Positions 7,489 through 20,885 of a stretch of DNA of 21,633 bases are shown here, piece by piece. Origin of the DNA: Gemmatimonadota bacterium. GTDB lineage: Bacteria > Gemmatimonadota > Gemmatimonadetes > Gemmatimonadales > Gemmatimonadaceae. Positions within the stretch are counted from its first letter, which is position 1, and every line of letters begins with the position of its first letter. Location: positions 1 to 21,633 of the forward strand of contig JANMLN010000142.1 in NCBI GenBank assembly GCA_031372565.1, read 5' to 3'. The notes beneath the pieces were generated by a model. That model worked only from the letters and a program-made list of their open reading frames with translations. It searched no databases and had not been told where the DNA came from. Position numbers and translations under genes: made by a program.

Positions 7489-8771
7489 GCGCACCGTTCC
7501 TGCTGCTGGCCGGCGTGATCGACACGCAGACCCCGATCGAGGATTTCTGGCCATTTGCGCTGCTCAGCGCGGTGAAGATGGTCATCGTCTTCACGGTGTA
7601 CATGGTCGGGGTGGCGCTGCTGACCTTTGCGGAGCGGAAGATCTCCGCATGGATCCAGGACCGCATCGGTCCGAATCGCGTGCTCTGGAAGGGATTCGGG
7701 CAGGTGGTGGCCGACGGCATCAAGAACTTCATGAAGGAAGAGACGTACCCGGAGGCCGCGTACAAGGCGCTGTTCATCCTGGCGCCGGTCCTGGCGTTCG
7801 TGCCGGCGATGGTGACGTGGGCGGTGATTCCCTTTGCCGCGCCGCTGCCGACTCCTTGGGGCCTGATGAGCATGGCGGTGGCCGACCTGCCGGTGGGCTT
7901 CCTCTTCTCGCTCGCGATCAGCTCGCTCGGCGTCTACGGCCTCGTGCTCGCCGGCTGGAGCTCGAACAACAAGTACGCGTTGCTGGGCGGCCTGCGATCG
8001 AGCGCGCAGATGGTGAGCTACGAGATCGGGATGGGAATGAGCACGGTCTGCGTGCTGCTGCTGGCGGGCAACGTGAACCTGAACACGATCGTGCAGCAGC
8101 AGGCCACGCAGGGCTGGAACGTGGTGCTCCTCTCGGTCGCGTTCCTGGTCTTCTTCATCGCGACCTACGCCGAGACCAACCGGCTGCCGTTCGACCTGCC
8201 CGAGGCGGAATCGGAGCTGATTGCCGGATACCACACCGAGTATTCGGCGATGAAGTTCTCGCTCTTCCCGATTTCCGAGTACGCCAACATGGTGACGGCG
8301 AGCGCGCTGACGTCGCTGCTCTTCTTCGGCGGGTGGGACATCCCCTTCACGACGTGGGACAACCTCCCGCCGTGGACGGTGCTCAAGACGATCCTCACGC
8401 TTGGCTGTTTCGCCACCAAGGTGATCTTCTTCCTCTTCACCTTCATGTGGATCCGCTGGACGCTGCCGCGCTTCCGGTATGACCAGTTGATGTCGCTCGG
8501 ATGGAAGGTGATGCTGCCGGCGATCCTCGCGTACGTGGTCATCATCGCGGCGACGCTGCTGGCGCTGGACATCGCCGGTGTCGCGCGCGAGAGCCGCACC
8601 TTCACGGGGATCCTCTTCCTGCTCAATCTCGTGTGCGTCGGGATGTTGCTGTTCGTGCTGGATCGCGGCCGCCTGGTGAGCCCGGCGCAGAGCCGGCTGC
8701 GCACCGCCGAACTGTCGCGGCTCCGCGCCATCGCATCACGCTCGACACTCGCACCGGTATCGGGGGACTGA
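7485..8771 (+). CDS. nuoH: NADH-quinone oxidoreductase subunit H
   Basis: ATGA overlap with nuoG; 428 aa; ERKI-x-A-x-IQDR-x-GPNR, GGLRSSAQMVSYE, ETNRLPFDLPEAESEL-x2-GYHTEYS, RWTLPRFRYDQLM. Confidence 0.96.
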   Translation: MSAPFLLLAGVIDTQTPIEDFWPFALLSAVKMVIVFTVYMVGVALLTFAERKISAWIQDRIGPNRVLWKGFGQVVADGIKNFMKEETYPEAAYKALFILAPVLAFVPAMVTWAVIPFAAPLPTPWGLMSMAVADLPVGFLFSLAISSLGVYGLVLAGWSSNNKYALLGGLRSSAQMVSYEIGMGMSTVCVLLLAGNVNLNTIVQQQATQGWNVVLLSVAFLVFFIATYAETNRLPFDLPEAESELIAGYHTEYSAMKFSLFPISEYANMVTASALTSLLFFGGWDIPFTTWDNLPPWTVLKTILTLGCFATKVIFFLFTFMWIRWTLPRFRYDQLMSLGWKVMLPAILAYVVIIAATLLALDIAGVARESRTFTGILFLLNLVCVGMLLFVLDRGRLVSPAQSRLRTAELSRLRAIASRSTLAPVSGD

Positions 8772-9268
8772 TGGCGATCACGGTCAAGCTCGTGAACCGA
8801 CCGATCGAGGAGGCGAGCTACCTGCGCGCCACCTTGGGCGGCATGGCGCGCACGCTCAAGCACATGGTCAACCCGCACAAGGTGACCGTGCAGTATCCCG
8901 AGATGCGCGAACCCGTGAGCCCGCGCTGGCGCGGCACGCACCGGATGCTGACCACCGAGGACGGCAAGGCCAAGTGCGTCGGGTGCGGGTTGTGCCCGAC
9001 GGTGTGTCCGGCCAACTGCATCAAGCTCGTGCCGGGCGAGGACGAGCAGGGGAACCGCTATCCGCTCGTGTTCGAGATCGACGAGTTCCGCTGCATCTTC
9101 TGCGGCTACTGCCAGGAAGTGTGCCCCGAGGAAGCGATCCACATGGGGCGGCACTACGAGAACGCGGAGTACAGTCGCGCCAGCTTCGTGTACGACCTCG
9201 AGCGCCTCACCGCGCAGACGCACCCCGTCTCGCAACTCTGGGATCCCGCCGATCCCGCGGGGGAGTAG
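8771..9268 (+). CDS. nuoI: NADH-quinone oxidoreductase subunit I
   Basis: TGATG overlap with nuoH; 165 aa; TVQYPE and two [4Fe-4S] motifs [12 protein letters not shown] and [12 protein letters not shown]. Confidence 0.96.
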   Translation: MAITVKLVNRPIEEASYLRATLGGMARTLKHMVNPHKVTVQYPEMREPVSPRWRGTHRMLTTEDGKAKCVGCGLCPTVCPANCIKLVPGEDEQGNRYPLVFEIDEFRCIFCGYCQEVCPEEAIHMGRHYENAEYSRASFVYDLERLTAQTHPVSQLWDPADPAGE

Positions 9269-9792
9269 TGCACACCGACCTTCCGCTCCTCTTCACGTTC
9301 CACTTCTACCTGTTCGGCCTGCTGGCCGTCGGGTCGGCGCTGCTGTTCGTGACGCGCCGGAGCCCGATCGCGGCGGCGCTCTGGTTGGTGAACGTCATGT
9401 TCTGTCTCGCGGCCGAGTACGTGATGCTGGACGCACACTTCGTGGGCGCGGTGCAGGTGCTGGTGTACACGGGTGCGATCATGGTCGTGTTCATCTTCGT
9501 GCTGATGCTGCTCAACCTCGGGCATCCGTCCGAGGTCTCCGATTTCCGGTCGGGGGGCACGCGGTTGGCCGGCGGTGCCGTGGCGATCCTGCTGGCGGCC
9601 GAGGTGCTGACGCTGCTCCGGCAGCCGTGGCCGCAGCTGGCCTCGCCCGACGTACCGGAGAACGTGATCCGTCCGGTGGCCCAGGCGCTGTTCACCGACT
9701 ACCTGCTGGCCTTCGAGGTGACGAGCGTGCTGCTGCTCGTGGCGATCATCGGCGCGGTCACGCTCGCCAAGCGCGGAGCGACCACGCGATGA
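9268..9792 (+). CDS. nuoJ: NADH-quinone oxidoreductase subunit J
   Basis: GTG at 9268 overlaps the nuoI TAG, with GGGGAG upstream; 174 aa; [20 protein letters not shown] and [15 protein letters not shown]. Confidence 0.92.
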   Translation: MHTDLPLLFTFHFYLFGLLAVGSALLFVTRRSPIAAALWLVNVMFCLAAEYVMLDAHFVGAVQVLVYTGAIMVVFIFVLMLLNLGHPSEVSDFRSGGTRLAGGAVAILLAAEVLTLLRQPWPQLASPDVPENVIRPVAQALFTDYLLAFEVTSVLLLVAIIGAVTLAKRGATTR

Positions 9793-10082
9793 TCGCTCCC
9801 GCGCTCTTCTTCTCGGCCTGCCTCTTCGCGATCGGCGTGATGGGGGTGCTGACGCGCCGCAACGCGCTCATTCTGTTCATGTGCGTGGAGCTGATGCTCA
9901 ACGCGGTGAACTTGAGCTTCGTCGCGCTCTCCAAGCTGCACGGCGTGAGCGGGCAGGTGTTCGTGGTGTTCGTGATGACCGTCGCCGCCGCTGAGGCAGC
10001 GGTGGGATTGGCCATCGTGATCACGGTCTTCCGTCATTTCCGCACGGTGGACATGGCGGCGCTCCGGCTCTTGCGAGGTTAG
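9789..10082 (+). CDS. nuoK: NADH-quinone oxidoreductase subunit K
   Basis: ATGA overlap with nuoJ; 97 aa; [24 protein letters not shown]. Confidence 0.95.
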   Translation: MIAPALFFSACLFAIGVMGVLTRRNALILFMCVELMLNAVNLSFVALSKLHGVSGQVFVVFVMTVAAAEAAVGLAIVITVFRHFRTVDMAALRLLRG

Positions 10083-10083
10083 G

Positions 10084-12252
<2,169 letters not shown>

Positions 12253-12255
12253 CTG

Positions 12256-13806
<1,551 letters not shown>

Positions 13807-13830
13807 TCGCTCTCCCATCCCAACGACCCG

Positions 13831-15432
13831 ATGCGCAGCCTGCTGAACGCGCTGCACTACGCCGAGTGGATCTTGCCGGTGCTGCTGCTGCTGCCGCTGG
13901 TGGGCGCCGCCGTCATCTGGATTGCGGCGCGACCTGCTCCGCACGAGGACGAACGCGAGTACGGCGAGAGCCATCTCGGCCGCAACATCGCGCTCGGCGT
14001 GCTGGTGCTCGAGTTCGTGCTCTCGACCGGACTCTGGTGGGCGTTCGACCCGGCCAACCCCGGGTGGCAGTTCACGATCGACTTCCCGTGGCTCGAGGAG
14101 TGGGGCTCTCGCTTCACCGTGGCCGTGGACGGCATCAGCCTGATGATGGTGCTGCTCACCACCTTCCTGATGCCGATCGCGCTGCTCGGGGGATGGACGT
14201 CGGTGCGGCACAAGTTGCGCACCTACTACGCGCTCTTTCTGGCACTCGAGACCGGTATTCTGGGCACCTTCCTCGCGACCGACCTGCTGCTCTTCTACGT
14301 CATGTGGGAGATCATGCTGGTCCCGATCTACTTCATCATCGGGATCTGGGGCGGCGACAAGCGCATCTACGCCAGCATCAAGTTCTTCCTGTACACGCTG
14401 GTCGGCTCGCTCATGATGCTCGTCGCCATCGTCGTGCTCTGGCGCTACACGGGCGGCACGACGTTCGCTTACGACAAGATCATGGCGGTGGCGCCGCGCA
14501 CCGGCCCCGCGGCCCTGTGGTTGTTCGGGGCCTTCTTCCTCGCGTTCGCGATCAAGGTGCCGATCTTCCCGTTCCACACCTGGCTGCCCGATGCCCACGT
14601 CGAGGCGCCCACGGCGGGCTCGGTGATCCTCGCGGGCGTGTTGCTCAAGCTCGGGACGTACGGCTTCCTGCGCTTCGCCGTCCCGCTCTTTCCGGACGTG
14701 GTCATGATTCCGTGGGTGCGTGACGGCGTGCTCACCCTGTCCGTCATCGGCATCATCTACGGCGCGCTCGTGGCGCTGGTGCAGACCGATCTCAAGAAGC
14801 TCGTGGCGTACTCGTCCGTGAGCCACCTGGGGTTCGTCATGCTCGGCCTCTTCGCGTTCGACGAACGCAGCGTGCTGGGCGCGCAGATGGTCGGCATCTC
14901 GCACGGCGTGAGTTCGGGGGCGCTCTTCCTGCTCGTCGGGATGATCTACGAGCGGGCGCACACGCGACAGATTGCCGCCTATGGCGGCATCGCGCGCACC
15001 GTGCCGATGTTCTCGGCGGCGCTCGCCCTCGTGGCCATGAGCTCCATCGGCCTGCCGGGCACCAACGGCTTCATCGGCGAATTCCTCGTGCTCATCGGCA
15101 CGTACAACGTGTTCCCGTACCTCGCCGGCGCCGCCACGATCGGTGTCGTGCTCGGTGCGGCGTACCTCCTCTGGGCGCTGCAGCGGATCATCTTCAATCC
15201 GATGAGCAATCCGGAGAACCGCAACCTGTCGGACCTGAACCGTCGCGAAGTGGGGGTCATGGCGGTCATCGCCGTCGTGATCGTGTGGCTCGGCGTGTTC
15301 CCCGGAGGCGTGCTCGACCGGATGCGCCCCGCGACGCAACGGCTGGTCGATCGTGTCCACGGTCGCGCCACCGTGCCGGCGGCCTCGGCGCTGCCGGTGA
15401 GCGTCCCGACCCTCCCTGCAGGAGGCCGCTAG
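13831..15432 (+). CDS. nuoM: NADH-quinone oxidoreductase subunit M, canonical copy (NuoM2)
   Basis: 533 aa; FYVMWE, FAIKVPIFPFHTWLPDAHVEAPTAGSVILAGVLLKLGTYG, AYSSVSHLG, SHG, GLPGTNGFIGEF. Confidence 0.96.
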   Translation: MRSLLNALHYAEWILPVLLLLPLVGAAVIWIAARPAPHEDEREYGESHLGRNIALGVLVLEFVLSTGLWWAFDPANPGWQFTIDFPWLEEWGSRFTVAVDGISLMMVLLTTFLMPIALLGGWTSVRHKLRTYYALFLALETGILGTFLATDLLLFYVMWEIMLVPIYFIIGIWGGDKRIYASIKFFLYTLVGSLMMLVAIVVLWRYTGGTTFAYDKIMAVAPRTGPAALWLFGAFFLAFAIKVPIFPFHTWLPDAHVEAPTAGSVILAGVLLKLGTYGFLRFAVPLFPDVVMIPWVRDGVLTLSVIGIIYGALVALVQTDLKKLVAYSSVSHLGFVMLGLFAFDERSVLGAQMVGISHGVSSGALFLLVGMIYERAHTRQIAAYGGIARTVPMFSAALALVAMSSIGLPGTNGFIGEFLVLIGTYNVFPYLAGAATIGVVLGAAYLLWALQRIIFNPMSNPENRNLSDLNRREVGVMAVIAVVIVWLGVFPGGVLDRMRPATQRLVDRVHGRATVPAASALPVSVPTLPAGGR

Positions 15433-16965
15433 GTGCGCCCGTTCGACCTCAGCATCCCGTCGCACCTGATGCACGCGTATCTCCCCGACCTGATCCTGAT
15501 GGCCGGGGCGATGCTCCTCTTGCTCTGGGCCGTGTGGCGACCGGAGAGCGAGCGCCATTCGCGCTCCATCGCGTATCTGGCAATGGGGGTGTGCGCGGCC
15601 TCGCTCGCCGCGGTCATCTTCTGCTGGCGCGTCGGGTTCACGTCGTACAATGGCCCGCTCGCCGTCGACGGGTTCCGGTGGGGGTGCGACGTCATCATCC
15701 TGCTCGGCACGATGATGACGCTCGCCATCGCCGTGGACTTCAACGGACGCATGCGGCTCGTCACGGCCGAGGTGCACGTGCTGACGCTGCTCGCCGCGTC
15801 GGGGATGATGCTGCTCGCCGGCGCGCGTGACCTGATGGTGCTCTTCCTGGGCATCGAGCTGATGTCGGTGGCCGTCTATGTGCTGGCGGGGATCGACCGC
15901 CGGAGCGGACGCGGCGCCGAAGCCTCGCTCAAGTATTTCCTGCTCGGGGCGTTCTCCAGTGCGTTCCTGCTGTACGGCATCGCCCTCGTGTACGGCGCGA
16001 CCGGCTCGACCAACCTCGTCACGATCGGCGAGCAGTTTGCCACGCCGGCGGTCTCCGAGCAGCCGATGATGCTGGTCGGTCTGGCGCTGCTGCTCGTCGG
16101 CTTCGCCTTCAAGGTGGCGGCCGCGCCATTCCACATGTGGACCCCCGACGTCTACGACGGGGCGCCCGCGCCGTACAGCGGCTTCATGGCCTGCGCGGTC
16201 AAGACCGCCTCGTTCGCGGCGTTGCTGCGCGTCTGTCTGGAGGCCGTCGGACCGGGCTCCGAGCGATGGCACCTCGCGCTCTGGTGGCTGGCCGCGGCCA
16301 CGATGGTGGTCGGCAACCTGTTCGCGTTGCAGCAGCGGAACGTCAAGCGCATGCTCTCGTACTCGAGCATCGCGCACGCGGGATTTCTGCTCGTCGCCGT
16401 CACCGCGCAAACGACCGACGGAGCCGCCGCGATCCTGTTCTATCTCGTGGCGTACACGCTCGCCACGCTCGGCGCCTTCGCCGTCGTCGTGGCCCTCAAC
16501 GACGGCACCGACGGCCCGACGGACATTGGCGACTACGCAGGTCTCTGGACTGTGCGTCCCGGACTCGCGATGGCGATGGCTGTCTTCATGCTCGCCCTGC
16601 TCGGCTTCCCGCTCGTGGGCGGCATGGGTTTCTTCGCCAAGTGGTACGTGCTGCAGGCGGCGCTCAAGGCGCCGGCGCCGCAGACCAACCTGTCGATCAT
16701 CCTCGTCCTCGCCACGGTGGTCTCGGCGGGCTTCTACCTGTACGTGGTGATGGTGTTGTTCATGCGCCCGCGCCCCGAGGGGGCCGTGGCGCCACCACCG
16801 GGATCGCCCATCCTGCGCTTCGTGATTGCGGCGTCGGTGACCATCATCCTGTTGCTCGGCGTCTACCCGAGTCCGGCGGTGCGCATCGCGCAGCGCAGCG
16901 CGGCATCCTCGTTCGTTCCGGCACCGCCCCGTGTGGCGACCCTGCCGGTTGCGTCCCCTCCCTGA
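15433..16965 (+). CDS. nuoN: NADH-quinone oxidoreductase subunit N
   Basis: GTG directly after the nuoM2 TAG, with AGGAGG upstream; 510 aa; GIELMS, EASLKYFLLGA, FKVAAAPFHMWTPDVYDGAP, KRMLSYSSIAH, GFFAK. Confidence 0.95.
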   Translation: MRPFDLSIPSHLMHAYLPDLILMAGAMLLLLWAVWRPESERHSRSIAYLAMGVCAASLAAVIFCWRVGFTSYNGPLAVDGFRWGCDVIILLGTMMTLAIAVDFNGRMRLVTAEVHVLTLLAASGMMLLAGARDLMVLFLGIELMSVAVYVLAGIDRRSGRGAEASLKYFLLGAFSSAFLLYGIALVYGATGSTNLVTIGEQFATPAVSEQPMMLVGLALLLVGFAFKVAAAPFHMWTPDVYDGAPAPYSGFMACAVKTASFAALLRVCLEAVGPGSERWHLALWWLAAATMVVGNLFALQQRNVKRMLSYSSIAHAGFLLVAVTAQTTDGAAAILFYLVAYTLATLGAFAVVVALNDGTDGPTDIGDYAGLWTVRPGLAMAMAVFMLALLGFPLVGGMGFFAKWYVLQAALKAPAPQTNLSIILVLATVVSAGFYLYVVMVLFMRPRPEGAVAPPPGSPILRFVIAASVTIILLLGVYPSPAVRIAQRSAASSFVPAPPRVATLPVASPP

Positions 16966-16984
16966 CACTCTTCCGGATCGACTC

Positions 16985-18352
16985 ATGGCCATAGCCGCCG
17001 GCATTTTTCGCCAGTACGACATTCGAGGCGTTGTTGGGGACGACCTCACCATCGAGGCCGCGACCGCGATCGGCCGTGGCTATGCCGCCTGGCTGTCCGC
17101 GCACGGCATCCACGGCACCGTGGCCGTGGGGCGCGACAATCGGCCCAGTGGCCCGGCGCTTCGCGACGCGCTCGTCGCGGGACTGACCGGCTGCGGCGTC
17201 GATGTGATCGACGTGGGCGAGGTCCCGACGCCCACCCTCTACTGGTGCACGCACAACCTGCCGGTCGTCGGCGGAATCCAGATCACCGGATCGCACAACC
17301 CGCCCGAGTTCAACGGCTTCAAGCTCTGCATCGGCCACGGGTCGATGCACGGCGAGGAGATCCAGGCGCTGCACCGTCACATCACGGCCGGTGTCTTTCC
17401 GTCGGGGCAGGGGAGCGTCCGGAGTGAGGCGGTGTTGGATCGGTACGTGGCCGATCTCGTGCAGCGCACCGGCAAGCTCTCGCGACCGCTCAAGGTGGTG
17501 GTCGACGCGGGCAACGGCATCGGCGCGGTCGTTGCGCGGCCGTTGATGGAAGGGCTGGGCGCCGAGGCGACGTACATCTTCTGCGAGTCGGACGGCACCT
17601 TCCCGAATCACCATCCCGATCCGACGGTGGTCGAGAACGTGCAGGACCTGATCCGCGAAGTGAAGCGCACGGGCGCCGACCTGGGCATCGCCTTCGACGG
17701 CGATGCCGATCGCATCGGACTGATCGACAACACCGGCGCGATCATCTGGGGGGATCACATCCTCATCCTGTACGCGCGCGACGTGCTCGCACGGACCGGC
17801 AAGGGACAGTCGATCATCTTCGACGTGAAGTGCTCGCAGGCGCTGCCGCACGAGATCGAGAAGGCGGGGGGCAAGGCGGTGATGTGGAAGACCGGCCACT
17901 CGCTCATCAAGGACAAGATGAAGGAGTTGCACGCGCCGATCGCGGGTGAAATGTCGGGTCACATGTTCTTCACTGAAGGCTTCTACGGGCACGATGATGC
18001 GCCGTATGGCGCCGCGCGCCTGCTGCGGATCGTCGCCGACAGCGGCCACTCGGTGCACGAGCTGCTGGCGGACGTCCCCAAGTTCGTCTCGACGCCCGAG
18101 CTCCGGATCGATTGCCCCGACGACCGCAAGTTCCCCATCGTGGCGGCCGCGATCGAGCATTTCCGTGCCACGCACGAGGTCATCGATGTTGACGGCGCCC
18201 GCGTGCTCTTTGGCGACGGCTGGGGCCTCGTGCGGGCGTCCAACACGCAGCCGATTCTGGTGATGCGCTTCGAGGCGCTCACACAGGCTCGCCTCGAGGC
18301 CATCCACGCCGAATTCACCGCGTGGCTCGCCACGCAGGGCGTCGTCGGATAG
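16985..18352 (+). CDS. Phosphomannomutase/phosphoglucomutase (AlgC/ManB-type alpha-D-phosphohexomutase)
   Basis: 455 aa from ATG 16985; IFRQYDIRG, phosphoserine loop ITGSHNP, metal loop FDGDADR, sugar loop GEMSGH, LVRASNTQP. Confidence 0.93.
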   Translation: MAIAAGIFRQYDIRGVVGDDLTIEAATAIGRGYAAWLSAHGIHGTVAVGRDNRPSGPALRDALVAGLTGCGVDVIDVGEVPTPTLYWCTHNLPVVGGIQITGSHNPPEFNGFKLCIGHGSMHGEEIQALHRHITAGVFPSGQGSVRSEAVLDRYVADLVQRTGKLSRPLKVVVDAGNGIGAVVARPLMEGLGAEATYIFCESDGTFPNHHPDPTVVENVQDLIREVKRTGADLGIAFDGDADRIGLIDNTGAIIWGDHILILYARDVLARTGKGQSIIFDVKCSQALPHEIEKAGGKAVMWKTGHSLIKDKMKELHAPIAGEMSGHMFFTEGFYGHDDAPYGAARLLRIVADSGHSVHELLADVPKFVSTPELRIDCPDDRKFPIVAAAIEHFRATHEVIDVDGARVLFGDGWGLVRASNTQPILVMRFEALTQARLEAIHAEFTAWLATQGVVG

Positions 18353-18353
18353 C

Positions 18354-20840
18354 ATGACGCCCCGTCGGTGGCTCGCCGCCGGGGCGCTCGGGCTGGCGAT
18401 GGTCCTGCTCGTCGGACGCACCTTCGCGGGCGTCTTCGTCGAGCACGAGTGGTACGCCACACTCGGCGCGCTGCCGATCTGGCGCGCCCGCCTCGTCAAC
18501 ACGCTGCTGTTGCGGGGCGGCGCCTTCGCCATCGCCTTCGTGTTCACCTTCCTCAACCTGTGGGGGGTGCGCGCGTCCGTCGTGCAACTGGTGCTCCCGC
18601 GCCGCGTGGGGAACATCGAGATCGGCGAACAGGTGCCGGCACGACTCCTGTTCATCGTGACCGCGACGCTCGCCACGGTGCTGTCGCTGCTCCTGGCCTG
18701 GCTGCAGGACGACTGGCTCGCGCTGGCACAGGTGCGCTACGCCAACCCATTCGGCCAGAACGAGGGACGGTTCAACCTCGACTACGGCTTCTGGGTCACC
18801 TGGCTGCCGTTCGAGCAGGGGCTGTACGCGTGGGCCGTCGCCGTCCTGCTCATGACGGGCGCGGTCGTGTTCTTCCTCTACGCGCTCACGCCCAGCCTGC
18901 GATGGGAGCGCGGCACGCTGCGCGTGAGCACCTGGGTGCGGCGACATCTGGCCGTGTTGGCGTCGGTGGTGCTGCTGCTGGTTGCGTGGAGCTATCGCCT
19001 GGATGCGTTCGGCCTCGCTGTGCACGGCTCGGGACGCGGCCCCGGTGACGAAGGCGCGTTCGTGAGCCTGGACCAGCAGTGGACGGTGCCCGCGACGCTT
19101 GGCCTGGCGCTGGCGTCGCTGTCGGCCGCCGCAGTGGTCGTGTGGGCCGGGTGGATGCGGCAGATGCGCGTGGCGGTCGGGACCGTGCTGACACTCCTAG
19201 TGCTGTCGCTCATTGTCCGCTGGGCCGGCCCGGCCATCGGGCCACGCCTGGACGGCACCGCGCGCATGGCCAACGCGCGCGCCTACGCGGATCAGCGTGC
19301 AACCTTCACCCGCTACGCCTTCGCCCTCGACCGCGTCGCACGCGCCGACACCGCCGCCCAGCCGCCGCAGGTGGCCGATCCTGCGCACGACGTCAGCGTG
19401 TTCGATGCCGCGGCGCTCGAGCGGACGGTCGAACGGGCGCATCGCGCCGGACAGGTGCGGGTGGGATGGCAGGCGCGCCGTGACGGCCTCTGGGCGATGG
19501 TCGTGAGCGCCGGCGATGGCGGACCCGGCTCGCCGTGGATGGCCGCGCGTGCGCCCGCGTGGGTGGGCGGCGCCTTCGTTCCACGCATTCCGGGCGCCGC
19601 CGACGGCACCATCACGCGCGATCTACCGCTCCTGCCCGCCCTCGTTCATGACTCCGCGGGTGGCGTGGCGATCATCAACGATTCGCTCGGGATCGTGGCC
19701 GGCGGCTCGCTGGCCAGCGGCTGGAACCGGCTGCTGCATGCGTGGGCGCAGCAGAACCCGCGCATCGCGACCGCCGATCTCCCCGGCACCTTCCCGCGGA
19801 TCGTGCTCGCCCGCGACGTGCGCGAGCGTGTCCGCGCCCTTGCCCCTTTTCTGTCGCAGGGTCGCGTCGTGGCGCCGCTGCTGCACGGGGACTCGCTCTA
19901 CTGGGCCATCGACCTGTACTCCGCCGCGGCCAACTTTCCCTTCAGCCGACACGTCTTCACCGCGGCCATGGGGGAAGTGGCCTATCTGCGGCACGCGGCC
20001 GTCGCGCTCGTGCATGCATACACCGGTCGCGTCCTGCTGGTCGCCGATGCGCAGCGCGACCCGGTGCTCAAGGGATGGATGAACGCATTCCCGGCGCTCT
20101 TCACATCGGCGCAGCAGGTGTCGCCCCTGCTGCTCGACGCCCTGCCGCCACCGGTGGATTGGGTGGAGACGCAAGCCGCCCAATTGGCCGCGACCGGGCT
20201 GCGAGGCGAGCCCGTGGTGTCACGGCACCTTCCGCCCATTTTCGCGGGCGACACGCTGGTCGCGGTCGGTGGCCCGACGCTCTTTCTCACCGGTACGGGC
20301 GACGCGCGGGTCCTCTCGACGAGTATCCCGTTGCTGGACGGACTCGACCGCGTGCAAGTCCTGGTGGTGGGCACCGGGGGCAGCACGCCGCGGACCTGGT
20401 GGACTCCCGTCAGTCCGGCCGACATCCGCTGGGGCACCGTGATCGACGCGCTCGCGCGGACCACCGAACCGCTCATCGCCGCCGGCGTGGTGTCGCGCGG
20501 CGAACGCACGGTCCCGGGGCGCGTGTCGGCGCTGCCCACCGCCAGTGGGCTCTGGATGGCGCAGCCGCACTACCTCTGGCCGGTGAGTGGGGCGCCCGCC
20601 GTCAGCCACATGGCACTCTGGCGCGCCGGCAGCGCGACGGCTGGTCGCGACCTCGCAGCCGTACTCCGCGGCGCTCGGCCCAACGAGCCCACAGAAGTGC
20701 CCGGCACACCGGCCTGGCAGGCTCGGGTGTCGGCCCTCTACAACCTGATGCGTCTTGCCCTCAAGAAGGGGGACTGGGGCGCCTTCGGTGAGGCGTTCGA
20801 GACGCTCGGTCGGCTCACGGGCCAGCCCTCGATCCGCTAG
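18354..20840 (+). CDS. UPF0182-family membrane protein (divergent)
   Basis: 828 aa; N-terminal multi-TM region followed by a soluble region. Segments resembling UPF0182 blocks, recognised from memory: FNLDYGFWVTWLPF, TRYAFAL, RDVRERVRALAPFL, LYWAIDLY...FPFS, YLRHAAVALVHAYTG, terminal ALKKGDWGAFGEA. Confidence 0.75.
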   Translation: MTPRRWLAAGALGLAMVLLVGRTFAGVFVEHEWYATLGALPIWRARLVNTLLLRGGAFAIAFVFTFLNLWGVRASVVQLVLPRRVGNIEIGEQVPARLLFIVTATLATVLSLLLAWLQDDWLALAQVRYANPFGQNEGRFNLDYGFWVTWLPFEQGLYAWAVAVLLMTGAVVFFLYALTPSLRWERGTLRVSTWVRRHLAVLASVVLLLVAWSYRLDAFGLAVHGSGRGPGDEGAFVSLDQQWTVPATLGLALASLSAAAVVVWAGWMRQMRVAVGTVLTLLVLSLIVRWAGPAIGPRLDGTARMANARAYADQRATFTRYAFALDRVARADTAAQPPQVADPAHDVSVFDAAALERTVERAHRAGQVRVGWQARRDGLWAMVVSAGDGGPGSPWMAARAPAWVGGAFVPRIPGAADGTITRDLPLLPALVHDSAGGVAIINDSLGIVAGGSLASGWNRLLHAWAQQNPRIATADLPGTFPRIVLARDVRERVRALAPFLSQGRVVAPLLHGDSLYWAIDLYSAAANFPFSRHVFTAAMGEVAYLRHAAVALVHAYTGRVLLVADAQRDPVLKGWMNAFPALFTSAQQVSPLLLDALPPPVDWVETQAAQLAATGLRGEPVVSRHLPPIFAGDTLVAVGGPTLFLTGTGDARVLSTSIPLLDGLDRVQVLVVGTGGSTPRTWWTPVSPADIRWGTVIDALARTTEPLIAAGVVSRGERTVPGRVSALPTASGLWMAQPHYLWPVSGAPAVSHMALWRAGSATAGRDLAAVLRGARPNEPTEVPGTPAWQARVSALYNLMRLALKKGDWGAFGEAFETLGRLTGQPSIR

Positions 20841-20885
20841 ATTCTTCGGGCTGTATCCATCGACATTCAACCTGCAGGAGTCGTC

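Noticed and set aside
1283..9788. Long N-terminal extensions on NuoC, E, F, G, H, I, J and K in the ORF track, suggesting fusions or frameshifts
   Set aside because: Each gene has a start codon overlapping the previous stop exactly where homology begins; the extensions are off-frame readings of the upstream gene.
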